Part shown: piece by piece, positions 52,902 to 53,362 of the stretch
How positions within the stretch are numbered: the first letter of the stretch is position 1
Layout: each line of letters starts with the position of its first letter
IMG/VR virus record: IMGVR_UViG_3300045988_073284
Reading direction: 5' to 3' (one strand)
Length of the DNA: 53,362 bases
Source: a virus
Position numbers and translations under genes: made by a program
Notes under the pieces: generated by a model
What the model saw: the letters and a program-made list of their open reading frames with translations, nothing else
Databases searched by the model: none
What the model was told of the DNA's origin: nothing

Positions 52902-53362
52902 ATGGATAATATTAACGGTGGTTTAGCGTTTGCGGCAACGCTTGATATAAAGGACTTCAATGTGTCGGCTGACGCAATGAATGCAAGGGTTAAGCAGCTC
53001 TCTGATACTACAGCGGCTAAGGCGGCTGAAATGGATCAGTCACTCTTAACCTTTGCTAAGAATGGTGCTGCCTATATTACTTCTTACCTGGTAGGTCAAG
53101 GCATGACGAACTTGCTTACGTCTATCGTACAGGTAAGAGGTCAGTTCCAACAGCTGGAAATCGCTTTTGAAACTATGCTGGGTTCCAAGAGCAAGGCACA
53201 TGAACTGATGCAACAGATGGAGGAAACAGCCGCTAAGACACCGTTTGATCTGGATGGTGTTGCTAACGGTGCTAAACAGCTCCTGGCATACGGTGAGAGT
53301 GCTGATAAGGTAAATGATACCCTGGTGAGACTGGGTAACATAGCCTCTGGTTTGTCTTTGCC
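52902..53362 (+). CDS. Tape measure protein, N-terminal part (runs off the window end; continues at nt 142 via the circular junction)
   Basis: ATG 52902: MDNINGGLAFAATLDIKDFNVSADAMNARVKQLSDTTAAKAAEMDQSLLTFAKNGAAYITSYLVGQGMTNLLTSIVQVRGQFQQLEIAFETMLGSKSKAHELMQQMEETAAKTPFDLDGVANGAKQLLAYG... There is no stop before the window end. It is absent from the ORF track only because it is unterminated. Confidence 0.85.
   Translation, partial: MDNINGGLAFAATLDIKDFNVSADAMNARVKQLSDTTAAKAAEMDQSLLTFAKNGAAYITSYLVGQGMTNLLTSIVQVRGQFQQLEIAFETMLGSKSKAHELMQQMEETAAKTPFDLDGVANGAKQLLAYGESADKVNDTLVRLGNIASGLSL
53222..53362. repeat. Terminal overlap, copy 2 (identical to 1..141)
   Basis: See the first feature. Confidence 0.97.

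Noticed and set aside
1-53362. Alternative genetic code (TGA or TAG reassignment, as in some Bacteroidales phages), suggested by the two in-frame stops.
   Set aside because: TAA, TGA and TAG each terminate many well-delimited ORFs with normal gene spacing (for example TGA at 13084 and 19150, TAG at 17472). The two internal stops are different codons. The only tRNA is Arg(CCT), not a suppressor.

Overview
The first and last 141 nt of the window are identical, so it reads as one circularly closed genome with 53,221 bp of unique sequence. It looks like a temperate, long-tailed (siphovirus-like) phage of a Bacteroidota host. The host call rests on TAnnTTTG -7 promoter boxes at operon starts, a Bacteroidales-type tyrosine integrase and the apparent lack of Shine-Dalgarno use.

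Modules in window order:
- Tape measure (wraps the junction), distal tail protein and a 2237-aa fibre.
- A complete diversity-generating retroelement (DGR): target gene with VR1, template repeat (TR), then reverse transcriptase.
- Lysis cassette: holin, amidase and a spanin-like protein.
- An attP-like region with a full tRNA-Arg(CCT), the integrase, and an array of six 16-bp palindromes.
- A cI-type S24 repressor facing a cro-like gene.
- A long early operon: Rad50/SbcC-like ATPase, RecT, metallo-beta-lactamase (MBL) nuclease, NinB, a replication organiser, a DnaC-like loader, MazG, RuvC and many small ORFs.
- ParB-like protein, a zincin-like protein, terminase, portal and a Mu-F-like protein.
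- An oppositely oriented nine-gene block of unknown function.
- Scaffold, capsid, connector, major tail and chaperone genes.

The most interesting signal is that the single TR matches two variable regions. VR1 is at the C-terminus of a fibre-adjacent protein. VR2 lies 13.4 kb away in a small non-structural protein inside the early/replication operon, followed by a perfect 36-bp tandem duplication. No Avd accessory gene is visible.

Other observations worth a second look:
- About 4-fold genome-wide enrichment of GATC (hand counts).
- A shared palindrome at three late-operon promoters.
- Two genes interrupted by in-frame stop codons.
- A clean GGGTTTT -1 slippery site in the tail chaperone gene.

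All calls come from reading the sequence and the supplied ORF translations. No database search was possible.
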